NCBI GenBank assembly: GCA_963920595.1
Contig: OY986949.1
Span: forward strand, 620,001-684,000
Length of the DNA: 64,000 nucleotides
Origin: Eimeria praecox
Lineage: Eukaryota
Direction: 5' to 3'
Every line of letters begins with the position of its first letter. Position 1 is the stretch's first letter. The position numbers and the translations under genes are program-made. Positions 26,959 to 39,176 of this stretch are shown here, one piece after another. Below the pieces are notes generated by a model. The model worked only from the letters and a program-made list of their open reading frames with translations, made no database searches and was not told the origin of the DNA.

Positions 26959-29900
26959 ATGACGCTCATAAGCTACCCGCTACATAGGGCATGTACCCTA
27001 CTAGCTCTCCTTGGTGTCTTTGGGGGTTCTGAGGCAAATTACATGCCAAGCTCCTCATCAGGACTCTCCGCGCAGGAGCAGTTCACTAGAGAAGAGCCCG
27101 GACAGCTTCTAGACGGAAGTGCGCCATACTTGATTTATTGCTTACTCTGCTGAGTGCTTGAGCATCAGATAGTTTCAGTTCATATTGCATGAACATTCTT
27201 CAGGTGTTCATGGAATGGGCCGGGTCATTCTGTTCCTCGTTGTGTCTCCCGTTACCTCTCAGAAATTCCGCGTAACGACGGCGGTGGCTTTCGTAGTGGT
27301 GGTCAGAAGAGCAGTGATGGCGGCTTCGGGGAGGAGAAGGAAACTCCTCCGCATGAGTATCCCGAGATGGCAGCTATACCAATGATGGCTGAAGCCGTCT
27401 TGGAGGACTGCGAGGATGAGGAAGAAGAGAAAGAAGAAGAAACTTCAGGCAGCACAAGGAGTAGCGATGAATCTTCGTCAAAAGAAGCTGACGAAGCTGC
27501 TTCGTTCAGAAAGGTACAGACATATAACACAACGGAGAGCGGTCCTCATCTGTTTGGTAGTAAAGGAATCCCCTGCTCTGGATGCACGGCCTCTAATGTT
27601 CAACCAGTCGCACAGCGGAAGACTTACCGGAGAACACCTGCTCATGCGCACCAGCTGCATGCACAAAGGAGTGTGAAAGTGCTTCATGATCGTTCCTGCA
27701 ATGAGGCTACATCGGGAAAGCAGACGACCCTTCGTAGGAATCAGCCGCACAGTGAGGGAGCACCACGGAATCCACAGGTTTACCGCTTTGAAGGAAATGC
27801 GACTCATTTGAATATCCCGATAATTCGCCGAGCGTCTGGTCCGCAAGACACGGGAGAGCTGGAAGGCACAACCCGCAACTGTACCAGCAAGGACTTTCCA
27901 CAGGGCACCCGAGTCGCCTACAGGGCCCGATATCCACGCGGAACAGGCACTCCTAAGGGATGCCTTCAAGAGAGGGTTTCCTCTCCACAAGTCTCTCACG
28001 TGGTTAAGAGAGAGCATTATTCGTCCGATATGGGCGCAACTGAAGCAGAAGAGTACTGCACTGATGGCTGTCAGCAAGCCGTCCCACATGCTTTCATTGT
28101 TAGATGCCCACGCAGAACAGGCACGCCTCAGGGGTGCCTTCACAGGAGAGAGCATTCTCCACAAATCGTTCGTTCTGCCCGGACATTGGACTATCCCTCC
28201 GGTGTGCATGAATCTGAAGCAGAGCAATATTATCGTGGCCGCTGTAGGCAAGCAACTCGCGGGAGATACAGGGCTCGATATCCATGCGGAACAGGCACGC
28301 CTCAGGGAAGCCTTCACAGGAGAGACGCCTCACAACAAACATTTCATCAGTTTAAAGGCGCCACCCAGCAACATGGCAATGGCGCACCTGTTCCAAGCAT
28401 GCGCAGCAGCGGGATGCATCTACCAAGCACTCGGCCAAACCCTGGTACTCGGTTTCCACGAAGAACTGGCACACCGCAGGGAAGCCTTCAAAGGCTAGTT
28501 ACCCCTCTGCAAAGGCCCCAATCAGTGCAGGTTCTCCATAGCCAGCACAGTAGCATCTCTCCTGAATCGCAAGTACGCATAGACGAAGAATGTCCGCAGG
28601 CGACACAATTGGCCCGCAGGGATCGGTGCCCACAAGGAACAGGCACGCCTCAGGGATGCCTTCGCAGGAGGGAACCCCCCGTACAAATCTCTCACATGGT
28701 TCAAGAAACCCCTTATTCTACCGAGATGGACTTGCCTGAAAGCGAAGCATACAACAGTGACGACTGTTCGCAAGCCTTGCGTGGGACTTGGACGGATCCA
28801 TTGCCATGCGCAGCAGGCGTGTTTCAGGGATGCCTTTGCATGAGGGAAGCCTCACCGCAACCCCCCCAAGCAGTTCAAGATCCCCCAGATGCAAGCGGCA
28901 CGTGTACATCCGAAGGAAAAACATTCAGTGGAGAGACGTCTTCAACCAGTTTTCGCGAGGCCTTCACCGCTCGCTATTTTGCAGAAGCACGCATGGCGGA
29001 GACAGGTGCCGATAGTGACTTTGACTTTCAGTGGGATGACGGTGAGGAAAATGACGAACTCATTTCCCTTGCTTGTGAGGCGGTCACAAAGTCAAGCTTA
29101 TCACCATTGCAACAGCGGCAAAAGAGAACAGACGAACCTCAACAGAGCTGTCGAACTAACAGGTTCGAAGAGACTGTCCCAGCTGCCAATCAAAGGCAGG
29201 CCTTAGAAGCTGTCGACCCCTTCCAGATTGTGAGATTCTGTTCAATGTGCTGGCTGTACGGCCTTAGCAGCTGCCTTCGTGAGCGCATGAGCAACACCCA
29301 TACCAATGCATATCATTGCATATTGTTTTGCGGCAATTCAAAGTTTGCTTCTGGTTCCCGTTGTTTTGGGTTTGCAGCGAACACAAGAGACTCCCCAATA
29401 TGCTATCGCCCCGCAAACAGATGGCCAGGACAAGCAGCAACAGGCGCACCAGCAGCAGAGCAGGATTGCACTATTAGGTTTGCCTCACACAGCAGTTGGG
29501 AGCACAAATTCTAAGTGGAGCACCTCTTGCGAGAATACAGGTCTTCTCGACCCGTCGGGGATTTGGAGTTCTAAGTGGGTGCCAGATTTCCCTGGGAATC
29601 CTGCCTGGGAAGGGGTAGGAAGTGCCAACAGTACACATTTTTCGGTGGGACGTCAGGAGGATGATTGTTGGGGACGACGAAGGCACGAGGAGGTCTCGAG
29701 TTCTAATAGCGATTCAAATCGTTGTCTGCAACATCCGGCTACGCCTGACGAACAGACGCAGATGCCGGGCCTTAGTACACATACAGTTAATCCTTTTCAG
29801 TTACCACAAGTTGCACAGGCTGCAGGTGGATGTGACCATTGTGGCATTTCGTCATCAATGAACTCAGGGAAAACATCATCATCTCCATCACATGGCATTA

Positions 29901-31300
29901 CATCAGAGAATTCAGGGACCACTTCACAAAGTCCCTTCAAACAAGGCCAAGCTGGCCTAGGAAATTTGAGTTGCTATCTATCAGCCGGTACCTTCTTGCA
30001 ATCTCCCAGGTTAGGGCCCGACTTACGTGCTGCTCTGTTGTCGACATCGTGGGCCGCTTCCTGCGATTTAGCAGGCCTTGATAAAGGGGTTGTGGGATGC
30101 AACCCTGAGCACGTGGAACCTGAGTCCTACGACTCATCCCACATGTCAGCGGACACTGAACAGCACGATAGCAGGGCAATGAAAGGCCCATTGCTCAGAT
30201 CCGCGCAAGCTAACGATCTACTCGGCCCAGCGGGTGGCAGCGAGTGCTCTCGCGCTGACCTTGGCAATGCACAGCAAGCTCCTAAGGATTCTCCTGCGCC
30301 TCAAGACAACTCTCCAGAGGCCTTGTCACCATTTTGGCTTGGAGACGATCCTGTCCTAGAGCTGGTACAGAAATCTCAGTTTGCTTCTATTGGGGCATAC
30401 ATACTTGCGAAGTCATCAAAGGGTTCAGCAAAGTTGCAGGAAGGCACTTCGAAAACTTCATCGCTCCCGGACGGTGTTGTACCTAGGTCTCGTGAATCGC
30501 CAGAAGTCGCCAGTAGACTGAGCGAAGGGCCTCTACGTCTTCAGGAAGAACGAAGATCACCAATACTTACGGTTTCAGGCGGCATTGATGCGCTTCCAGC
30601 ATATCATGCAAATTATACTCTGGAGGTACGCCAGCCACACCCAAGTCATATATAAGCTAAACAAGTATTAGGCATGCATAAATGAAATGAAGCATTGAAT
30701 TTGTACCTGTCCTAGATGGGTGCTTCCCTATCCACGCCGAGCTTCATCAGCAGAACTGGTGAATGCGCGTCATACCTCCTAGCATTTGCGAAAATACAAG
30801 CATCTACCTGTGTCCCCCTGGTCTGTCCAGCGTTCCCAAACTGTGTGCGGGCTTCGTCCATTAGTAATGGGGCACGAACATGAACCAGATAGGCAGCACA
30901 ATGCCTCACAAGCAACGCAGCCACCGGACGCGGCATTATCGAGAATTCCAATGAGCGTGGTGAAGATAGAGCAGACTCCAAGTAGTATTGTGCCAAACTG
31001 TGAAGAATCAGAACTCTTGGATTGCTTTTCACCTGCATTACATCACAAACAAGAGTCCGTCCCAGGTGGCCGTAACCGCCAGCCAGTTCTTTTCTACCTG
31101 CAGCAGTATAAGCAGGCATGATTTGCTTGTTCATTTCCTTTTGACAGCATTCAAGCCATAATATTCGTTTCCCTCCCCTGCTCTGCTTTTACTGCCTGTC
31201 TTCCGCCTTGTCTGCAGACACCTCGGAGACAGAAAATGCTTCGTGTAGTACCCCACCAGAAGATTATGCGCTCCGTCGGAAGCTTATTGGGCATTGCTAG
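26959..31300 (+). CDS. Hypothetical spliced repeat protein, copy 4
   Basis: Copy 1 shifted by 23319. ORFs intact, with additional substitutions (EEEEKEEE, RSCNE, SCYL). Confidence 0.65.
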
Positions 31301-32151
31301 CTTGAGATTGCAAGCCTAGTTTCCTAGTCGTATCGACGCCACTGCAAATTTATGAATAGTGACAAGCAGAACGTTGCACGAGCGACGCAGAGCCCAGGAG
31401 CAGCAGCTGTTCCGTCAGTTGCTGCGTCAGGGATGAATTGCTTCAGCACTGGTTAGATCGTGGATGCCAGCCGGCCAGCCTCAGCAAGCCCATACTCCCT
31501 TAATTATGCACTTACATGGACCACAATTGTTTTTCAAAGCGGACGAGCCTTGCATCCTATTGGAGAGCATGCTGGTGTGCCCTCGTCGCCTCAGGCGGTA
31601 CCTGGCCCACCTTCCTTCATTTACCATGAACAGCTTGCTGCCTGTTGCAGTCTAAGGTTGCCGACTCTGCATGGTGCATTCCACTGCGTGCCACTTATCA
31701 ATGTTATGTTGAGTGCAACAAAGCCTTGATCTAGTATGGGAAGGGACTAGGGAAACATAAATCTATGTGGACTGCCCAATCAACAAAATCGGAATACATG
31801 CGTTGAACGTAGACGTATTGATGTGATATGAAACTCCGAAGTTGCCGTGCTTTGTCCTTGGCATAAACAGGACTCGAGCTTTGCAACGATAGGTAATAGA
31901 TTACTTATATACTCGAGGGTGACAAACAGAACTGCATATGAGGTCATCACAGCAGCTAAAGGGTTACAGGAAGCGAACATTTAACTCAGCTGCACTGCAC
32001 TTGGTTGCTGCAGCTATTGGGAGAGCCTGTCTTTCTACAGTTAAGTGTAACATTAATTCAACTCACCAGCCCCTGCATGGGTGCTCCTCTAGTCAAATGC
32101 TTGCCGTAAAGCGCAAAGGCTCTCCACGGAAACCCTGTAATATTCATCTGG

Positions 32152-32250
32152 AATACGTAGGATACTTATCCTTGCGTTGCACCTTTCCAAGTGTTGTTGC
32201 TGCTAGACTAGTTCATGCACTACACAGTCAGCACGCACAATGTTGCATGG
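32152..32250. other. 99-bp segment present only in units 5 and 6 (second instance 40009-40107)
   Basis: Units 1-4 read catctgg|gtttggcaaag. Units 5-6 read catctgg-aatacgtagg...gttgcatgg-atttggcaaag, with TGG microhomology at both ends. Confidence 0.95.
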
Positions 32251-34830
32251 ATTTGGCAAAGCGTTGCCAAGGGAATTGTGTATCGCTTGCGAAGTACTGC
32301 GCAACTAACCGGGTGTCCGGCAGCCTGGAAACTTCCCTTGTTTTGGAGGCCGCAGATGGGGGTAAGGTTGCACTAGCGTTGGTGTCTGAAGAACCTGTGT
32401 CGAGCAATCCAGTTCGTTGCTCTACGGAGATATAGCCACTGGCGAGAGAAAGTGACCTCGCCGTACAGACGATTTAAGGGGCACCTGATGAGGCAAGGCT
32501 GCTTCCCTGGGTTTTAATCAGGAGCGAGCGAGAGCTGGATCTATGGCCAGACATACTTTGTATTTCCCCATAGATTCTGCCTGCCACTCGCCTCTAATAG
32601 CCTGCAAATAATGAGACGAAATCTTGGCCGACGGTATTTGTTTCCGTGAGAACGGAGAAGATCTGGACTACCCAGCCCAAAGCAATGGCATCACCTCCAA
32701 TTTTGCGCTGCTGGAGGTGCCCACTGTTTCGCTATCACTGGACCAGCCATCAACACAGCAATGAAATGACGGCGTGTATATCTGAGCCCACGATGCAAAG
32801 GGTGCAAGCATGACTGCTTACTCGCTAAGGAAGGAAAGCGCATGCTCAGTCACGTCACCACCGATAGCATGAGTGGTTAAGCCAGCACAGGTAAAATGCA
32901 GCACAGACCCGCTCGCACCTTCTGTTACACACACGGCCTTCAGCACCTGTGACAGTACGCAAAGACCCCATTTCTGCTTCGCGTCCGCGCAGTAAACACA
33001 AATTATCAGCATTATCATGTGATGTTTCTACCGCACTTTCGCTTGAAAGGACGATGCAGATTTAGGGAGTGAAACGGGCACTGAACCAATATTATGCTCT
33101 GAGCATGGGGCTACAGCGTCACGAACATTCCGAGGCGCAGCGGAAAAGCCACGAGATTGTGCATATCCTACTCTGCATTAGAACAACGCGGATGTGTGTA
33201 AATGCTTAAACACCCGCAACTCAAGATGGCCACTTGCCATTCATGCTGTGAAGAGAAAGATACAAAAGGGAAGGCACGTGTAGTCCATGCAATAGTGCAA
33301 TAGACGAGGTACCCAGCAGTGTTCTGTTTCGTTCTGCTTCTGAACAGCGCAGAGTACACAGTGCTCCCTTACTCATGCATGTTTTAGATATATGGAGGGA
33401 TTATCTAGCTTAGAGGTGGATGCCGGATGAGAGCGCGATGCCTTGTGCAGCTGCTAGAGTGAGTCATCTCATATTTTAGGGACACTACAGGAGGGGCAGA
33501 AGGAGAGCGGAAGCCTGCTGCAGTGTCACTGCCCCTTTCACGACCCGAAACAAGACCCTTCGTTAAAGGTGAAACAATGGATTAATCCAGCATATATCGT
33601 GCAGTGTGGTGAGCTGCAGGAAGGAGCTTTTCTTTCTAATATCTGCACCCTAATGCTTGATGATGTCCACTCCTGACTGGTTCGCGAGGAATAACCCAAC
33701 GAAAAGGTGCGTCAGGAGGACACTACATGTACCACTTTTCGCCTCGAAATTTTCGGTTTGGCTCAATCGTAAAGCGGGCCCTTATGCTTACACTAGCTGG
33801 CTGTCTGAGGGGTAAGCTGCTGCTCCATGGTTGTGCACGAGTCCCCTGAGGGGCCCTAGTGACCCATATTCACGAGGTTTGCGTGCAAGCCATCTGCATC
33901 TTTAAGTTCTCATCAGAACATTGCCAGAATTGAAATTGGACTGCATTGAAAACCATCAAGGTGCTTCTGTTGTGGCTAGGGAAGAGCTGCAGGAAACGAC
34001 GCATTGGGGCACGAAGCCCTTCCAATGTGACTTGCTACCAATCACCTGGCCACAATAGATCAGGCCTTTTCCGTCCATTACAAGTGCAGTAAACGTATCA
34101 CGTGTTAGGATTAATTGATCAAAATTCAAATATAATCAAGGAAGACCGCTTTCAGGATGCAACGAAGCTCCAACCGAACGCCCGAGATCCCGGACCTCGC
34201 TTGCCGACAGACCCTAGGCCACTGGACTGATGTCACGCTACCCGCCTCGTGGCTACCTTGTGGCCTTGTCCACTTTAATCAGTTTCGCTCTCAATCACCT
34301 GCAAATATCCGAATTAACAAGCAAACAAAGTGTTGCCTTTTTCAAAACCTTTGTTTTTTCAATATTATTATCGCATTAGCGTCTGCGTCTGCAAAGCAGC
34401 GAGTGTCCTGCCATCGACAGCCCAGGCAATTGTCTTCGGAAACAACTTTCGTCACGCTATCTGCTTCTCTCACCGCTTCTAACCGTCTGAATATTATAGT
34501 CTGCTGTGAGGTCTTTCATCCTCACCAAGGTAAGAAGGCAAGAATTCCCTCCACGGCTGCGAGCCTTTACCCAGCAAAGCGAATTCTTAGTGTCTTTGGT
34601 CAGAATCTTTGGCGCCTTCGGTCACTGGGTGCACTCCTACACGCCTTGATGAAACCCGCTATCCTCACAGCTCCTTTACGCCCATTGGATGTTTTGTACA
34701 TCACTCAAGTAGCAAAGTTTGGACCTTAGGACATGGTGTACGCGCCACAGGCCCACTCAATGTCCATCGTGTGCTCTGCCTTTGGCCTGTCATCTGCAGC
34801 CTGGACGGAAACTACTGAAACTACTGGAGA

Positions 34831-37800
34831 ATGACGCTCATAAGCTACCCGCTACATAGGGCATGTACCCTACTAGCTCTCCTTGGTGTCTTTGGGGGTT
34901 CTGAGGCAAATTACATGCCAAGCTCCTCATCAGGACTCTCCGCGCAGGAGCAGTTCACTAGAGAAGAGCCCGGACAGCTTCTAGACGGAAGTGCGCCATA
35001 CTTGATTTATTGCTTACTCTGCTGAGTGCTTGAGCATCAGATAGTTTCAGTTCATATTGCATGAACATTCTTCAGGTGTTCATGGAATGGGCCGGGTCAT
35101 TCTGTTCCTCGTTGTGTCTCCCGTTACCTCTCAGAAATTCCGCGTAACGACGGCGGTGGCTTTCGTAGTGGTGGTCAGAAGAGCAGTGATGGCGGCTTCG
35201 GGGAGGAGAAGGAAACTCCTCCGCATGAGTATCCCGAGATGGCAGCTATACCAATGATGGCTGAAGCCGTCTTGGAGGACTGCGAGGATGAGGAAGAAGA
35301 GAAAGAAGAAGAAACTTCAGGCAGCACAAGGAGTAGCGATGAATCTTCGTCAAAAGAAGCTGACGAAGCTGCTTCGTTCAGAAAGGTACAGACATATAAC
35401 ACAACGGAGAGCGGTCCTCATCTGTTTGGTAGTAAAGGAATCCCCTGCTCTGGATGCACGGCCTCTAATGTTCAACCAGTCGCACAGCGGAAGACTTACC
35501 GGAGAACACCTGCTCATGCGCACCAGCTGCATGCACAAAGGAGTGTGAAAGTGCTTCATGATCGTTCCTGCAATGAGGCTACATCGGGAAAGCAGACGAC
35601 CCTTCGTAGGAATCAGCCGCACAGTGAGGGAGCACCACGGAATCCACAGGTTTACCGCTTTGAAGGAAATGCGACTCATTTGAATATCCCGATAATTCGC
35701 CGAGCGTCTGGTCCGCAAGACACGGGAGAGCTGGAAGGCACAACCCGCAACTGTACCAGCAAGGACTTTCCACAGGGCACCCGAGTCGCCTACAGGGCCC
35801 GATATCCACGCGGAACAGGCACTCCTAAGGGATGCCTTCAAGAGAGGGTTTCCTCTCCACAAGTCTCTCACGTGGTTAAGAGAGAGCATTATTCGTCCGA
35901 TATGGGTGCAACTGAAGCAGAAGAGTACTGCACTGATGGCTGTCAGCAAGCCGTCCCACATGCTTTCATCGTTAGATGCCCACGCAGAACAGGCACGCCT
36001 CAGGGGTGCCTTCACAGGAGAGAGCATTCTCCACAAATCGTTCGTTCTGCCCGGACATTGGACTATCCCTCCGGTGTGCATGAATCTGAAGCAGAGCAAT
36101 ATTATCGTGGCCGCTGTAGGCAAGCAACTCGCGGGAGATACAGGGCTCGATATCCATGCGGAACAGGCACGCCTCAGGGAAGCCTTCACAGGAGAGACGC
36201 CTCACAACAAACATTTCATCAGTTTAAAGGCGCCACCCAGCAACATGGCAATGGCGCACCTGTTCCAAGCATGCGCAGCAGCGGGATGCATCTACCAAGC
36301 ACTCGGCCAAACCCTGGTACTCGGTTTCCACGAAGAACTGGCACACCGCAGGGAAGCCTTCAAAGGCTAGTTACCCCTCTGCAAAGGCCCCAATCAGTGC
36401 AGGTTCTCCATAGCCAGCACAGTAGCATCTCTCCTGAATCGCAAGTACGCATAGACGAAGAATGTCCGCAGGCGACACAATTGGCCCGCAGGGATCGGTG
36501 CCCACAAGGAACAGGCACGCCTCAGGGATGCCTTCGCAGGAGGGAACCCCCCGTACAAATCTCTCACATGGTTCAAGAAACCCCTTATTCTACCGAGATG
36601 GACTTGCCTGAAAGCGAAGCATACAACAGTGACGACTGTTCGCAAGCCTTGCGTGGGACTTGGACGGATCCATTGCCATGCGCAGCAGGCGTGTTTCAGG
36701 GATGCCTTTGCATGAGGGAAGCCTCACCGCAACCCCCCCAAGCAGTTCAAGATCCCCCAGATGCAAGCGGCACGTGTACATCCGAAGGAAAAACATTCAG
36801 TGGAGAGACGTCTTCAACCAGTTTTCGCGAGGCCTTCACCGCTCGCTATTTTGCAGAAGCACGCATGGCGGAGACAGGTGCCGATAGTGACTTTGACTTT
36901 CAGTGGGATGACGGTGAGGAAAATGACGAACTCATTTCCCTTGCTTGTGAGGCGGTCACAAAGTCAAGCTTATCACCATTGCAACAGCGGCAAAAGAGAA
37001 CAGACGAACCTCAACAGAGCTGTCGAACTAACAGGTTCGAAGAGACTGTCCCAGCTGCCAATCAAAGGCAGGCCTTAGAAGCTGTCGACCCCTTCCAGAT
37101 TGTGAGATTCTGTTCAATGTGCTGGCTGTACGGCCTTAGCAGCTGCCTTCGTGAGCGCATGAGCAACACCCATACCAATGCATATCATTGCATATTGTTT
37201 TGCGGCAATTCAAAGTTTGCTTCTGGTTCCCGTTGTTTTGGGTTTGCAGCGAACACAAGAGACTCCCCAATATGCTATCGCCCCGCAAACAGATGGCCAG
37301 GACAAGCAGCAACAGGCGCACCAGCAGCAGAGCAGGATTGCACTATTAGGTTTGCCTCACACAGCAGTTGGGAGCACAAATTCTAAGTGGAGCACCTCTT
37401 GCGAGAATACAGGTCTTCTCGACCCGTCGGGGATTTGGAGTTCTAAGTGGGTGCCAGATTTCCCTGGGAATCCTGCCTGGGAAGGGGTAGGAAGTGCCAA
37501 CAGTACACATTTTTCGGTGGGACGTCAGGAGGATGATTGTTGGGGACGACGAAGGCACGAGGAGGTCTCGAGTTCTAATAGCGATTCAAATCGTTGTCTG
37601 CAACATCCGGCTACGCCTGACGAACAGACGCAGATGCCGGGCCTTAGTACACATACAGTTAATCCTTTTCAGTTACCACAAGTTGCACAGGCTGCAGGTG
37701 GATGTGACCATTGTGGCATTTCGTCATCAATGAACTCAGGGAAAACATCATCATCTCCATCACATGGCATTACATCAGAGAATTCAGGGACCACTTCACA

Positions 37801-39176
37801 AAGTCCCTTCAAACAAGGCCAAGCTGGCCTAGGAAATTTGAGCTGCTGTCTATCAGCTGGTACCTTCTTGCAATCTCCCAGGTTAGGGCCCGACTTACGT
37901 GCTGCTCTGTTGTCGACATCGTGGGCCGCTTCCTGCGATTTAGCAGGCCTTGATAAAGGGGTTGTGGGATGCAACCCTGAGCACGTGGAACCTGAGTCCT
38001 ACGACTCATCCCACATGTCAGCGGACACTGAACAGCACGATAGCAGGGCAATGAAAGGCCCATTGCTCAGATCCGCGCAAGCTAACGATCTACTCGGCCC
38101 AGCGGGTGGCAGCGAGTGCTCTCGCGCTGACCTTGGCAATGCACAGCAAGCTCCTAAGGATTCTCCTGCGCCTCAAGACAACTCTCCAGAGGCCTTGTCA
38201 CCATTTTGGCTTGGAGACGATCCTGTCCTAGAGCTGGTACAGAAATCTCAGTTTGCTTCTATTGGGGCATACATACTTGCGAAGCCATCAAAGGGTTCAG
38301 CAAAGTTGCAGGAAGGCACTTCGAAAACTTCATCGCTCCCGGACGGTGTTGTACCTAGGTCTCGTGAATCGCCAGAAGTCGCCAGTAGACTGAGCGAAGG
38401 TCCTCTACGTCTTCAGGAAGAACGAAGATCACCAATACTTACGGTTTCAGGCGGCATTGATGCGCTTCCAGCATATCATGCAAATTATACTCTGGAGGTA
38501 CGCCAGCCACACCCAAGTCATATATAAGCTAAACAAGTATTAGGCATGCATAAATGAAATGAAGCATTGAATTTGTACCTGTCCTAGATGGGTGCTTCCC
38601 TATCCACGCCGAGCTTCATCAGCAGAACTGGTGAATGCGCGTCATACCTCCTAGCATTTGCGAAAATACAAGCATCTACCTGTCCCCCTGGTCTGTCCAG
38701 CGTTCCCAAACTGTGTGCGGGCTTCGTCCATTAGTAATGGGGCACGAACATGAACCAGATAGGCAGCACAATGCCTCACAAGCAACGCAGGCACCGGACG
38801 CGGCATTATCGAGAGTTCCAATGAGCGTGGTGAAGATAGAGCAGACTCCAAGTAGTATTGTGCCAAACTGTGAAGAATCAGAACTCTTGGATTGCTTTTC
38901 ACCTGCATTACATCACAAACAAGAGTCCGTCCCAGGTGGCCGTAACCGCCAGCCAGTTCTTTTCTACCTGCAGCAGTATAAGCAGGCATGATTTGCTTGT
39001 TCATTTCCTTTTGGCAGCATTCAAGCCATAATATTCGTTTCCCTCCCCTGCTCTGCTTTTACTGCCTGTCTTCCGCCTTGTCTGCAGACACCTCGGAGAC
39101 AGAAAATGCTTCGTGTAGTACCCCACCAGAAGATTATGCGCCCCGTCGCATTGCTAGCTTGAGATTGCAAGCCTAG
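34831..39176 (+). pseudogene. Copy 5 of the hypothetical gene: exons 1-3 intact, putative exons 4-5 disrupted
   Basis: A 2-bp deletion near 38680 (cctgtgtcccc to cctgtcccc) and a 13-bp deletion near 39148 fall in the proposed 3' exons. Pseudogene status depends on the 3' exon model being right. Confidence 0.45.
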
